Assembly: GCA_047625245.1 (NCBI GenBank)
Contig: JBLHQQ010000001.1
Location: 1-49,955, forward strand
From: Candidatus Azotimanducaceae bacterium
GTDB taxonomy: Bacteria; Pseudomonadota; Gammaproteobacteria; Pseudomonadales; Azotimanducaceae
Reading direction: 5' to 3'
DNA: 49,955 bases
Part shown: piece by piece, positions 29,968 through 39,943 of the stretch
How the letters are laid out: each line of letters opens with the position of its first letter
Position numbering within the stretch: the stretch's first letter is position 1
Notes under the pieces: generated by a model
The model's database searches: none
What the model was told of the DNA's origin: nothing
The model's input: only the letters and a program-made list of their open reading frames with translations
Program-made: the position numbers and the translations under genes

Positions 29968-31019
29968 AGATTGATAATATCTTCCTGCGCTTGCTCAAAA
30001 TCTTCAGCACGACCGATATCCAGCCAATATTCATGCAGGGGAAAAGAACTGACAGCCACCTTCTTATTGATTTGCTGCAAAAGGAATTCTGGCATGTCTA
30101 TACGCTGCTGATAGGGCACATCGGTGAGCATCTCTGGAGAAAGCATATAAATGCCAGCATTGATGAAATATTTGTAGTTAGGCTTTTCTAAAATCCCCCT
30201 CACTTCGTGTCCGGAGCTTTCGACTACGCCGTAGGGGACGGCATGACTATATTCACGTACACACATAGTTGCAGCACAACTATTTGACTCGTGGAAATTC
30301 AGCAGATTCTGAAAGTTCAAGGTTGTGAGAAGATCGCCATTCATCATAAACATAGGTTTGTCTATTTCGTCTCGAGGCAAAAGCCCCAGAGCTCCCGCAG
30401 TACCTAAGGGAGTGGACTCATGTACATAGGAAATATCAATACCCAATTGGCTGCCATTGCCGAAGTACTCACGAATCATCTCAGACTTGTAATGGGTAGA
30501 TATGTAGAATCGATGAAAACCAGCACTGACAAAGTTATTGATAATCAGTTCCAGTAACGGCTTGCCCCCAACTTTCAGCATTGGCTTAGGACAGTTTTTC
30601 GTCAAAGATTTTAACCGTGAACCAAATCCACCAGCCATTAGAAAGACAGGATTATCCAGTCGCTTCAGGGTCAATAAATCCCGAACGGTTTCCAGTCCAA
30701 CGATAATATTATTCTGCGTTACAGGAATGGAATAGATATCATTCTCTTCCATAATTAGTCGAATGACTGACCTCTCGGTCGCTGGCCCGACAGTTTTGGG
30801 GTTCTTGTTCATCACTAATGACACTGGCATGGAGAGAGACACTTCTCTCAACAGGCCACGGCGAATATCCCCATCTGTGACGACACCAAGCAGACCACCT
30901 TCTGCATCCGCCACTAGCGCAATTCTTAGGGAACCTGACTCAATGGCTTTCATCGCGTCGCTTAAAGTAGCATCCGGTGAAATTAGAACTTCTCTCCAAT
31001 CCATCATATTATTCACCAA
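29964..31019 (-). CDS. ptmE: CBS-pair + sugar-1-phosphate nucleotidyltransferase (PtmE-like)
   Basis: 351 aa. N-terminal CBS pair (GVVTDGDIRRGLL), then FLMAGGFGSRLKSLT..PKPML. The start may be at 31007 or 31004. Confidence 0.85.
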   Translation of the reverse strand: MVNNMMDWREVLISPDATLSDAMKAIESGSLRIALVADAEGGLLGVVTDGDIRRGLLREVSLSMPVSLVMNKNPKTVGPATERSVIRLIMEENDIYSIPVTQNNIIVGLETVRDLLTLKRLDNPVFLMAGGFGSRLKSLTKNCPKPMLKVGGKPLLELIINNFVSAGFHRFYISTHYKSEMIREYFGNGSQLGIDISYVHESTPLGTAGALGLLPRDEIDKPMFMMNGDLLTTLNFQNLLNFHESNSCAATMCVREYSHAVPYGVVESSGHEVRGILEKPNYKYFINAGIYMLSPEMLTDVPYQQRIDMPEFLLQQINKKVAVSSFPLHEYWLDIGRAEDFEQAQEDIINL

Positions 31020-31938
31020 CCGGGTTTAAACGAGTACCAACTCTGAATCTGGGAACGTAACTCGGTCCTACCGCACCATTTGGGTCGATCCTCGCAACCT
31101 GAGTGATTAACAACGTGGAGCTTCCAGTCTTAACCACTACACCATTATCTCTGACCCCAACAACCTCACCGGTTGTTGCTATATAGTCAGGCGCGGCGGG
31201 TATCAACTCCGCTGCCAAAATGGCATATTCCAGCTGATTCCTGAATGTCCGAGCGCCTGGGCCGGGATGTGCTACTCCGCGGACAAAATTGAAACATCGA
31301 AGTGTCGAAGCTGACCAGTCAAGTATCTCATCACCATTAAGTCGGCGACCAAAATAGGCCCCAACGGGGTGTATAGTAGCCTGAACAAGGCGCTTCGTGG
31401 TGTTATCCCTGATATCCCTGATGGCCTGCAGGAGAACCAATCCACATTGATCTACAGCTTTCACCAACAAAGTACCGTAATCATCGTGTTCTACTATTTC
31501 ATACATTGTTTGCCGAAGAATATCGCCGGTATCTACGCCTTCATCGACATAGTGTACGGTGATACCAAAATGGCTCTCACCATTGATCAACACCCAATTC
31601 AGCGGATTTCGACCACGATAAAATGGTAACGCCCCAGCATGGCAATTGATAAAGCCAAAGGGTGCAAGGTCAATAATCTCTTTTCTTAGAATTTGGTTGA
31701 AAGACATAGACACCAGAAGGTCCGCGCCAAGCGACTTGATGGTCTGCAGAAACTCGGCGGAATTTACGTTCTCATGCACCAAAAATGGTACACCTAGCTC
31801 TTCGGCCCACTTTCGAAGTACAGGATCCTGAGTGTCATACCTAGGAGTAATGAAGACGATCTCAATATCCGCTTCATCACAAATCAACTTAATCGCCTTG
31901 TGCGACCAGGGTCCGTCGGCGAAATACCCTATTTTCAT
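31009..31938 (-). CDS. N10-formyl-tetrahydrofolate-dependent formyltransferase (Fmt/ArnA-N-terminal-like)
   Basis: 309 aa. INCHAGALPFYRGRNPLNW and VDEGVDTGD catalytic motifs plus an Fmt-like C-terminal domain. ATGA overlap with neuB. Confidence 0.85.
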   Translation of the reverse strand: MKIGYFADGPWSHKAIKLICDEADIEIVFITPRYDTQDPVLRKWAEELGVPFLVHENVNSAEFLQTIKSLGADLLVSMSFNQILRKEIIDLAPFGFINCHAGALPFYRGRNPLNWVLINGESHFGITVHYVDEGVDTGDILRQTMYEIVEHDDYGTLLVKAVDQCGLVLLQAIRDIRDNTTKRLVQATIHPVGAYFGRRLNGDEILDWSASTLRCFNFVRGVAHPGPGARTFRNQLEYAILAAELIPAAPDYIATTGEVVGVRDNGVVVKTGSSTLLITQVARIDPNGAVGPSYVPRFRVGTRLNPVGE

Positions 31939-33011
31939 ACAATAACCTCATCAGGACGATAGTCTCTTAGGGCAACAGAACCGACAAAATTCCAGTAATT
32001 CATCGGACTCTGACCAGAACCCGGCCTCTTAATAGTGAGCATATCGGCGGTGATGACCTCACCCTTTTTAATTGCATTTCTAGCCACCAGACTTTTTCTG
32101 GCTATCACAATATTTTTAACCTCAGAAGGCCTAGGTCCTTTCAGGCCATCACCGATAGCGCGTTCAATATTTCGGACAGAACTCACCAACAATGACAGTT
32201 CTTGAGGCTCCAGAGACGCCTTGTGATCCGGCCCCTCCATTGTACGGTCCAGAGTGAAGTGCTTTTCGATGATCCTGGCCCCGCGGGCAACTGCTGCCAC
32301 AGAGACTTCTATGCCAGTGCTGTGGTCTGAGTAACCTACCGGAAGACCAAATGCGGACCTCATGCTGTCCATAGCAGCCAGGTTAATGTCTTCAAAGGGC
32401 GCTGGGTATTCAGTCGTACAGTGCAACAAAGATACATATTCTTGCAGCATCCTTTGTCCTTCAGCAGAGAAATAGGCCTCGCGAAATTGATTTACACCCG
32501 GTTCCACACCTTTCTGGTTGACCAGCCCAAAAGCAAGGACACTCAAGCAATTTTCGATATCAGCCAAAGATGACATCCCGGTAGATACAATCATCTTCCG
32601 TTTGGTACGAGCAAAATCTAATAACAGCGGTCCATTGGTCACTTCACCTGAAGGCACTTTAAGCAGGGATAAATTGAGATCATTAACCAGAAAGTCCAAA
32701 CTCTCGCTATCGAAAGGTGTTGAAAGAAAACTGATACCCTTGGACTCACAATATTTGATTAGAACTCTATGGGAATTATGATCGAGCTCCAGTCGCCTCA
32801 GCATATCAATTTGTGGTTCTGCCCGTGCAGTATTCACAATTTGATAGTCCGCTTGCCTCGCGTCAGAGGTTACCAGGCTTGATGCCTTGAACGTCTGGAA
32901 TTTGATAACGTCAGCGCCGGCTTGCACCGCGGCATCTACCAGTGCTATCGCGATATCTAGGCTACCATTGTGGTTTACTCCGGCTTCAGCTATTACAGTC
33001 GTATGTAACAT
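31935..33011 (-). CDS. neuB/legI: N-acylneuraminate-family synthase (LegI-type, PEP-condensing)
   Basis: Start taken at MLHTTVIAEAGVNHNGS, 1 nt after the neuC stop. NeuB domain plus C-terminal SAF domain (..ITADMLTIKRPG). Confidence 0.9.
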   Translation of the reverse strand: MLHTTVIAEAGVNHNGSLDIAIALVDAAVQAGADVIKFQTFKASSLVTSDARQADYQIVNTARAEPQIDMLRRLELDHNSHRVLIKYCESKGISFLSTPFDSESLDFLVNDLNLSLLKVPSGEVTNGPLLLDFARTKRKMIVSTGMSSLADIENCLSVLAFGLVNQKGVEPGVNQFREAYFSAEGQRMLQEYVSLLHCTTEYPAPFEDINLAAMDSMRSAFGLPVGYSDHSTGIEVSVAAVARGARIIEKHFTLDRTMEGPDHKASLEPQELSLLVSSVRNIERAIGDGLKGPRPSEVKNIVIARKSLVARNAIKKGEVITADMLTIKRPGSGQSPMNYWNFVGSVALRDYRPDEVIV

Positions 33012-33012
33012 A

Positions 33013-34179
33013 CTATTGGGTCCTGACTTCTGGTTGATCAAAAAAAGACTTAATGGGATCTAGCACCATAGTCTCGAGTACTTTTCTAATCTGGCCGCTG
33101 GCATCGCCACGTCCATAGGGATTGGCGTATACCAGCTCATCATTGCGGAACGTTTCAGACAACCCAAGGCGGATAGAACGCACAATCGCATCTCTCTCGA
33201 CATCACAATGTATTACAGATGCCGCCGCAGCTCTGCCCTTTTGGCGGTTACCTACATTTATTGTTGGTACATGAAAGGATGGCGCCTCAATTATGCCACT
33301 GGAGGAGTTTCCAATGACCAGCCGGCAGTGTTTCATCGCACTCAAATACCTGACCTGGCCCAATGACGGTACACCAACCACACGTCCACCCGATGTCGCT
33401 ACATAATCATCAATTAACGCAATAATCTGCCGCCCACCTTCATCCGCATTAGGATAGGTAAAGACAATCTGATGGTCGCTAAAGCAATCAAGTGCTGTCA
33501 GTAGATGTCCAAAATCATCGATAGCACCACGCTTCGACATTGTTTCTGGATGATAAGTTATGAGGAAGAATGGACGGTCCAGCCTAAAACTAATTGAAGC
33601 TGACAATTCTTCCGATGACATGAGGGCAGTCTTGCTTACATGGTCCAACCCTGGAGCTCCGACATTCTTTACGCGATCAGGTTTTTCACCCATCTGTATT
33701 ACACGTCTTCGGTGCTCTTCAGTGGTGGTGCAATGATATGTACTCATTTTGGTAATAGAGTGTCTGATGGCATCGTCGTATGCTCCCTCGGTCAACTCAC
33801 CACCGTGGATGTGCAGAATGGGTATTTTGAGAATAAGTGCCGTTTGCGCTGCAGCCAATGCTTCAAATCTATCGCCGAGAATCACTAAAACATCAGGTGA
33901 TAGACGGCTAAAAGATTCGGCTAAACTAATAGTGGCTAATCCCATCGATTTCAAAACTCCGACGGGTGTGTCTGATGAGAGCAGAATTTCGCACTTTTCA
34001 TCAATGGCAAAACCATCGCTCTCAATTTGTTGATAAGTCAGGCCAAATTCAGGAGACAGATGAGAACCGGTCGCAACTATCTGCAAAGCCAGTGAATCAC
34101 TAGCCTGAATTTCCTTCAGCAGCCAGAACAGAAGACCATATTCAGCTCGAGTGCCAGTAAAAATCAGTATTCTTCGCAT
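33013..34179 (-). CDS. neuC/legG: hydrolysing NDP-HexNAc 2-epimerase (NeuC/LegG-type)
   Basis: 388 aa. MRRILIFTGTRAEYGLL and HIHGGE motifs of hydrolysing UDP-GlcNAc 2-epimerases. Confidence 0.9.
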   Translation of the reverse strand: MRRILIFTGTRAEYGLLFWLLKEIQASDSLALQIVATGSHLSPEFGLTYQQIESDGFAIDEKCEILLSSDTPVGVLKSMGLATISLAESFSRLSPDVLVILGDRFEALAAAQTALILKIPILHIHGGELTEGAYDDAIRHSITKMSTYHCTTTEEHRRRVIQMGEKPDRVKNVGAPGLDHVSKTALMSSEELSASISFRLDRPFFLITYHPETMSKRGAIDDFGHLLTALDCFSDHQIVFTYPNADEGGRQIIALIDDYVATSGGRVVGVPSLGQVRYLSAMKHCRLVIGNSSSGIIEAPSFHVPTINVGNRQKGRAAAASVIHCDVERDAIVRSIRLGLSETFRNDELVYANPYGRGDASGQIRKVLETMVLDPIKSFFDQPEVRTQ

Positions 34180-34183
34180 TCAG

Positions 34184-35329
34184 CTAAACTTCGACTGCGG
34201 TGCTGGGCAAATTAACAATTCGCTGTGCCAGCCATTCTGAATTATGAAGTTCACCTCGGAATGCATTGGCATACATCGGTAATGTGTGCATCAGGTTCCA
34301 AACAGGTCTTGTCATTACACCACTGTCGTTAGTTTCTTTCAGGAGGTTATTCCTAGCAGCAAAGTCCTTGCAGATAACAGCATTGAGCCAATAATTAGAG
34401 CGGCAATGCTCTGGTTCATCAACAAATGTATATTCTGAATCTACAAAAAATGCTCTATATGATGCCGCCAAATTGCGCTTTTGCGTAATTATCTCTGGCA
34501 ATCGCTCCAACTGCGCGCAGCCCAAGGCCGAATTCAAGTTGGGTAACCGATAGTTAAAGCCAGCCTCTTCATGATAGAACTCATAAGGATGCGGTTTCTT
34601 TGCGGTGGTAGTTATGTGCTTTGCCCTGACACCATCATCAACATCGGCACACAGAAGCATACCACCGCCTCCCGTTGTGATGATTTTATTACCATTGAAA
34701 CTCAAGGCTCCGTATCGAGACAAGGTGCCTGTGTGTTGCCCTTTATAATAGGACCCCAGGCTTTCAGCAGCATCCTCAATAAGTTCTATATGCCATTTAT
34801 CGCAAACCTGCTGCAACTCATCCATTTCAACCGGGTGGCCAAATGTATGCATAGGTAGCACCGCGGCGATTTTACATTTTGATACCTTATGTCGACAGAT
34901 ACCGTTTCCATCGATCTCGGCATTTGAGGCCAAATATTCATTAAGCGCAACCGGGCACAATCCAAGCGTTTTTCGGGATACATCAACAAATATAGGACTG
35001 ACCCCCATGTGAAACATAACATTACACGCCGCCACAAAGGTCATGGCCTGCGTGATCACATGATCGCCGACCTGTATTCCCGCAAGGTAAAGAGCTGCGT
35101 GTATAGCCGCCGTGCCATTAACTGTGGCAATTGCCTTTTTTGCACCCGTGAATTTTTCTATATTTTCCTCGAAACGGTTTACGTATTTACCAACGCTGGA
35201 AACGTAGGTGCTATCAATCGCCTCAATTAAATACTCTTTCTCCGCGCCTTTAAAAACCGGTTCGCACAGCGCGATAAACTCATCCGTGTGGTAGATCTGA
35301 CGAATAAATTTCACTAGTTTTTCTGTCAT
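34184..35329 (-). CDS. legC: DegT/DnrJ/EryC1-class PLP aminotransferase, LegC type
   Basis: 381 aa. LSFNGNKIITTGGGGML signature and DAAESLGS motif. Confidence 0.9.
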   Translation of the reverse strand: MTEKLVKFIRQIYHTDEFIALCEPVFKGAEKEYLIEAIDSTYVSSVGKYVNRFEENIEKFTGAKKAIATVNGTAAIHAALYLAGIQVGDHVITQAMTFVAACNVMFHMGVSPIFVDVSRKTLGLCPVALNEYLASNAEIDGNGICRHKVSKCKIAAVLPMHTFGHPVEMDELQQVCDKWHIELIEDAAESLGSYYKGQHTGTLSRYGALSFNGNKIITTGGGGMLLCADVDDGVRAKHITTTAKKPHPYEFYHEEAGFNYRLPNLNSALGCAQLERLPEIITQKRNLAASYRAFFVDSEYTFVDEPEHCRSNYWLNAVICKDFAARNNLLKETNDSGVMTRPVWNLMHTLPMYANAFRGELHNSEWLAQRIVNLPSTAVEV

Positions 35330-35458
35330 AATTCGCCACGCCCTGCCTGCTTCAATATGAACCTAGAGCTATCTAAAATTTCCCACCCCAAAAAGGTAAA
35401 CGAAACGACATCAGTCATTGGTCACTGAGGTGCCTCGTCATCCTTAAAAAATCATTTA

Positions 35459-36301
35459 CTACCAGACCGAACGACCACCATCCATAACGATATTCTGGCC
35501 ATTCATATAAGCAGATGCGTCAGAGCAGAGAAACTGGACTATTGAATGATACTCATCAACATGCGCCATACGTTGCATAGGGATTAGCGAGGTAAGTTTA
35601 TCGACGAAATCCTGACCCTGATTGTTTTCTACTCCACCCGGGGACAATGCGTTACACCTAACATTTTGCTCGACCCAATAGGTGGACAGGTAGCGAGTCA
35701 GCCCAACAAGCCCAGCCTTGATGACTGAGTAGGTAACAGGTTTTACGGGTTGCATGTCAGCAGGTATACCCTCTTTTTGATACAGTCTTTGATCAGGTGA
35801 AATAACAGAAAGATCAGAGGCAATATTCAAAATGACGCCACCACGGCCGCTTGACGCCATAACAGCACCAAAGACCTGACTACAAAGAAAAGCCCCGGTT
35901 AATCCTACAGAAATTTGCATTTCCCATTGCTCCAATGAGAAATTTTCAAGCCGCGAGGACTCTACCATTGACGAACTTGCATCGACTTTCGGGTCAATCG
36001 CTGCGTTGTTGACAAGTATATCAACTACTAAACCGGCATCCTGCAAACTTTGCTGTACACCTCGGATGGAGGACAGCGAGGCGACATTCATCTCTTGGAT
36101 TTGAATGTTTTCTGGATTGAATTCCGATTCCAGCTGCTTTTTTGCAGCCAATAGCCGAGTAGAGTCAATATCCGTTAAAACAACTGCAGCGTCCAAGTGC
36201 AGCAAGGCTTTAGCGTGCTCCATACCTAATAGACCCGCTGCCCCTGTAATCAGAGCGGTTTTACCTTCGAGGCTGAATTTCTGCAAACTGTCATGTTTCA
36301 T
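35459..36301 (-). CDS. PtmA-like SDR oxidoreductase (second copy)
   Basis: 280 aa. ALITGAAGLLGMEHA and YSVIKAGL motifs. Same subfamily pattern as 27506-28276. Confidence 0.7.
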   Translation of the reverse strand: MKHDSLQKFSLEGKTALITGAAGLLGMEHAKALLHLDAAVVLTDIDSTRLLAAKKQLESEFNPENIQIQEMNVASLSSIRGVQQSLQDAGLVVDILVNNAAIDPKVDASSSMVESSRLENFSLEQWEMQISVGLTGAFLCSQVFGAVMASSGRGGVILNIASDLSVISPDQRLYQKEGIPADMQPVKPVTYSVIKAGLVGLTRYLSTYWVEQNVRCNALSPGGVENNQGQDFVDKLTSLIPMQRMAHVDEYHSIVQFLCSDASAYMNGQNIVMDGGRSVW

Positions 36302-36314
36302 AGTGTCATCTCAA

Positions 36315-37079
36315 TTAAGCACGGACTTGTCCGCCATCTACGGTCAAAATACTACCGGTTATAAAATTCGACAGGGGTGAGGCTAAAAATATGGCAGCTC
36401 TAGCTATTTGATCTGGGGATCCCAGCGAGGAGAGTGCCACTTCCTTTCCCAGCATCGTTTCGACGGCGGACCTATTTTCCGCCAGTTTTTTCTCCCAGAC
36501 AGATCCATCAAAGAGCATGTTACCTGGTGCGATACCGCAGATTCGAACCCCTCTTTTACCAAGCGGCCTGGCAATACCTTTGATATAGGCATTTAAAGCG
36601 GCTTTCGCGACCGAATAGGTTACTGGAGCTCCGGGAATGACTTCGTTACCACAGATAGATGAAATGCACAGTATGCAACCTTGATGCTTCTGCAGTTCTG
36701 GCACGGCATGCTCGACAGTGTTAGTTGTGCTCCACAAATTGACGCTGAAAACCCTCTGCCATTCGCCAAAATCTTCTTCTCCAGGAGGTACAGAACGGCC
36801 AGAGCCGACGTTACAAACGACAATATCGAGACCGCCCAATTGCCTAACAGCCTCTGCAATGACATATTTGGCACCCTGAACTGTAGAAACATCGCCAACA
36901 ACCCCAACACTACCCGGTATTGATAGAATCGCTGCCTGCACCCGTGCGGACTCTCTGCCGTTTACAGCAACTGAGCAGCCTTCACTAGCAAAGTGTTGTG
37001 CAATGGATTTACCAATACCGCCGGATGAACCCGTCACTAAGACATTTTTGCCTTGCAATTCAAGCAGCATGCTGTTCAA
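36315..37079 (-). CDS. classical SDR oxidoreductase
   Basis: 254 aa. VLVTGSSGGIGKSIA and YSVAKAAL motifs. Confidence 0.85.
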   Translation of the reverse strand: MNSMLLELQGKNVLVTGSSGGIGKSIAQHFASEGCSVAVNGRESARVQAAILSIPGSVGVVGDVSTVQGAKYVIAEAVRQLGGLDIVVCNVGSGRSVPPGEEDFGEWQRVFSVNLWSTTNTVEHAVPELQKHQGCILCISSICGNEVIPGAPVTYSVAKAALNAYIKGIARPLGKRGVRICGIAPGNMLFDGSVWEKKLAENRSAVETMLGKEVALSSLGSPDQIARAAIFLASPLSNFITGSILTVDGGQVRA

Positions 37080-37899
37080 GCCAACGCTCTACCATCTGCA
37101 GGTAGCCCTTCAATACAGCCTGATGATTCTCATCAGTCGCCCTGGCAGTCTGCAGGATATAATTCCCCTTGTAACCCGACCTCGCAAGTAAGCGAAATAC
37201 TAAATCGAATAAAGCTGCTCCGCTTCCAAGTGGCACAGTTGTTCCTCCAAGAATACGATCTTTAACGTGTACATTAATAATACGCGAACCATAGCAGGCA
37301 AACTCCTCATTCGGATCAAATCCCAAGGCCGCACTGTTACCTATATCGTAATTAACACCAAAAGATTCTGCGTCAAGCCTACCGATGAACCGAGCAAGGT
37401 CTTCAGCCTTAAAATCACTCTCGAAGGCTATTCGCACCTTGCTGCGTTGAAAATAACTGACTTGTTCGCTCAAGAAATTTACCAGATGATCTTCTTGTTC
37501 ACGTGTATCAAGCCTTCCAGCATCAACCAGCGGTACAACGATGAAGCCTATTTTTAATTTGGCACAGGCATCAACAATTGCGACAAAATCCAGTTTCAAT
37601 CGGGAAGCCTGCTCGACCGTTGCAGCCTTCCAAAACGGCGCCTGCATAAAACAATCACCGGTCAGTGATGGGATACTGACAGCGTGTTGCTTTACTAATG
37701 CCTCAATACTCGCCCGACCTGGGTGAGTCATAATGGGGTTTTGATAAAGGTCAGCTTGGTCGAGTGTCCACTCCATGGCCCCTATACCAATTGCCGCCGC
37801 CGACGCAAATTCGTTCTGCCAGTTGGCTGCCGGAAACGCTTGGATTTTTCCGTCAACTAGGGCCGATAGACGACCCTGCATAAACCCTACTAAGCTCAT
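37060..37899 (-). CDS. xylose-isomerase-like TIM-barrel protein, UlaE/SgbU-like ketose-phosphate 3-epimerase type
   Basis: 279 aa. FESDF, NYDIGNSAALG, VHVKD and VPLGSGAALFDLVFRLLARSGYKGNYILQ align with L-xylulose/L-ribulose-5-P 3-epimerase motifs. Confidence 0.7.
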   Translation of the reverse strand: MSLVGFMQGRLSALVDGKIQAFPAANWQNEFASAAAIGIGAMEWTLDQADLYQNPIMTHPGRASIEALVKQHAVSIPSLTGDCFMQAPFWKAATVEQASRLKLDFVAIVDACAKLKIGFIVVPLVDAGRLDTREQEDHLVNFLSEQVSYFQRSKVRIAFESDFKAEDLARFIGRLDAESFGVNYDIGNSAALGFDPNEEFACYGSRIINVHVKDRILGGTTVPLGSGAALFDLVFRLLARSGYKGNYILQTARATDENHQAVLKGYLQMVERWLEQHAA

Positions 37900-38652
37900 C
37901 TATATTCCTTTTGCGGACCACCCGCCATCAACAAACAAGTCGGTTCCTGTTACGTAGCCAGATGCATCTGACGCGAGGTAGATTGCAGCTCCACACAGGT
38001 CAGAGGATTCTCCCCAACGCTTAATCATCATTCGATCCAAACGTTGCTCATGGAGTATTGGGTCACTAAAACTGCCTTTTGTCATATCAGTTTTTATATA
38101 GCCTGGTGCCAGATTGTTGACTCTGATGCCTCGAACAGCAAAATCAAAAGCGAGCGCCTTGCTCAACATTCGCAAACCGCCTTTTGAGGCAACATACGCG
38201 GGGTTACCTGGAAAGCCTAAAACAGATCCGATGCTAGTCACATTAATGATGGACCCACTAGCGCTAAGACTCATTAGGTCAGCAGCCAACATACAACACC
38301 GGTGCGTAGCTGAAAGATTAGTATCCAGAGTCCTCATGAATTGCTCACTATCTGCCGGTTGACTCGCTACTGGCAGAGTAATGCCCGCGGCATTAACCAG
38401 CACATCAAGCTGCTGGCAAGTTGCTTTAATCTCCTCAAAGAGATCACTTAGCTCTTTGCTATCCGTTACGTCACATTGTATGTAGCGCCAGTTGTTAGCG
38501 GTTTGACTCTCAATACTGCGACCGACGCCGATAACCACGCCACCGGCAAGATGCATGGCATCGGCTATGGCTTGGCCTATACCACGAGATGCACCCGTTA
38601 CCAGACAAACCTTCCCGTCCAAAGAAAACAGATTTTCGATATAGCTGCTCAT
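37900..38652 (-). CDS. classical SDR oxidoreductase (KduD/gluconate-5-dehydrogenase-like)
   Basis: 250 aa. VCLVTGASRGIGQAIA and YVASKGGL motifs. Confidence 0.85.
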   Translation of the reverse strand: MSSYIENLFSLDGKVCLVTGASRGIGQAIADAMHLAGGVVIGVGRSIESQTANNWRYIQCDVTDSKELSDLFEEIKATCQQLDVLVNAAGITLPVASQPADSEQFMRTLDTNLSATHRCCMLAADLMSLSASGSIINVTSIGSVLGFPGNPAYVASKGGLRMLSKALAFDFAVRGIRVNNLAPGYIKTDMTKGSFSDPILHEQRLDRMMIKRWGESSDLCGAAIYLASDASGYVTGTDLFVDGGWSAKGI

Positions 38653-39335
38653 TTGTTTAACTCGTAGCCCTTTATTATGGCCTCAATAAGGGCTATGTCC
38701 TCAAAGGTGTCTACTTGGTACATTTTATGGCGAGCCAGTTCAAACATACCAATTTTCCCACCCAGACGATTGTTAGTCTCACGCAACAAAGTTGGTGTAA
38801 ACACATAAAAAGAGCCATTTTCAAGATAGCTCGGTTGAATTTCCTGCCTGCGTTTTCGACTTTTAAAGTCGTAGTTGACTGACTCCAGCCCCTGAGCAGA
38901 TTTCCGCCAAACAAAATAGTCTTCCACTAACGTCACACTCAACAACGAGTCGTATCCACCAGATTTGAATTTCTCCAGAGCCCCTTTCAAGTCACTAGAT
39001 TCACGCACCGGTGAGGTTGCTTGCATCCCAACCAGAACACTGACATCTACGCCTGAAGATTCGATCTGGTTAAGCGCATCAATCCACGCGGACTCGGACG
39101 TCGCTAAATCACCGGCAATCTCGGCGGACCGCACTAGCGGGGATGCCCCATATTCTTCCGCAACACTCAAGATCTCATCACTGTCAGAGGTAACCCAGAC
39201 CGAATCGATACCGTCACACTTAAGTGCCTGTTCGATAGACCAGGCAATCAAGGGTTTACCCAGCATCGGATAGATATTTTTTCGAGGGATTCCTTTAGAA
39301 CCACCTCGTGCTGGAATTATTGCCACAGTGCTCAT
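38649..39335 (-). CDS. NeuA/KdsB-family cytidylyltransferase (CMP-ulosonic acid synthetase type)
   Basis: 228 aa. VAIIPARGGSKGIPRKNI and MQATSPVR motifs. Confidence 0.85.
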   Translation of the reverse strand: MSTVAIIPARGGSKGIPRKNIYPMLGKPLIAWSIEQALKCDGIDSVWVTSDSDEILSVAEEYGASPLVRSAEIAGDLATSESAWIDALNQIESSGVDVSVLVGMQATSPVRESSDLKGALEKFKSGGYDSLLSVTLVEDYFVWRKSAQGLESVNYDFKSRKRRQEIQPSYLENGSFYVFTPTLLRETNNRLGGKIGMFELARHKMYQVDTFEDIALIEAIIKGYELNK

Positions 39336-39337
39336 TA

Positions 39338-39943
39338 TTAGGAAACCTTAGCGTGCTGTGGAAAGTACAATCGTTCGACCATGCCACAGACGATATGGCC
39401 AATCAGTATATGACTTTCCTGAATTCTGGCAGTATCGCTCGAGGGGACACAGATACAACTTGCCAAAGACTTAAGTTTTCCTCCGCTCGCACCAGTTAAT
39501 ATCACTACAGGAACATCAAGCTCGCTTGCCGCGGCAACAGCATTAACTATATTTAAGCTATTACCACTCGTACTAATCGCTACAAAAATATCTTCTGGCT
39601 TAGCAATAGCCTGAATCTCTCGCGCGAAAGTCTGGTCATATCCGTAGTCATTACCAATAGCGCTCATAGCCGATGAGTTTGTTCCCAGTGCAATTGACGC
39701 GAGGGCCGGACGATCAAACAGGAATCTGGACGTGAACTCGGCAGAGAGATGTTGCGCATCTGCAAAACTTCCACCATTACCCGCAAATATTACCTTGCCG
39801 CCATTTTTTAAGCTGGCAAGGCACGCCTCGGCGAGGGCATGAATTTGACCAATGATACTGGCATCTGCTTTAAGTAGCTGTTTTACACTGATTGACTCAT
39901 CAATTTCAGCAACGATGCTCTGCAATACTTTGTTATCTGTCAT
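39338..39943 (-). CDS. gmhA: D-sedoheptulose-7-phosphate isomerase-like SIS protein
   Basis: 201 aa. VIFAGNGGSFADAQHLSAEF, AIGNDYGYDQTFAREI, ISTSGNS and ARIQESHILIGH, close to canonical GmhA motifs. Confidence 0.85.
   Translation of the reverse strand: MTDNKVLQSIVAEIDESISVKQLLKADASIIGQIHALAEACLASLKNGGKVIFAGNGGSFADAQHLSAEFTSRFLFDRPALASIALGTNSSAMSAIGNDYGYDQTFAREIQAIAKPEDIFVAISTSGNSLNIVNAVAAASELDVPVVILTGASGGKLKSLASCICVPSSDTARIQESHILIGHIVCGMVERLYFPQHAKVS

Noticed and set aside
31935-34179. Reading the neuB/neuC pair as a true sialic acid (Neu5Ac) pathway
   Set aside because: The pair is coupled to a LegC-signature aminotransferase and followed by ptmE-ptmF-legF-ptmA-like synteny. This points to a 5,7-diamino (legionaminic-type) product rather than Neu5Ac.
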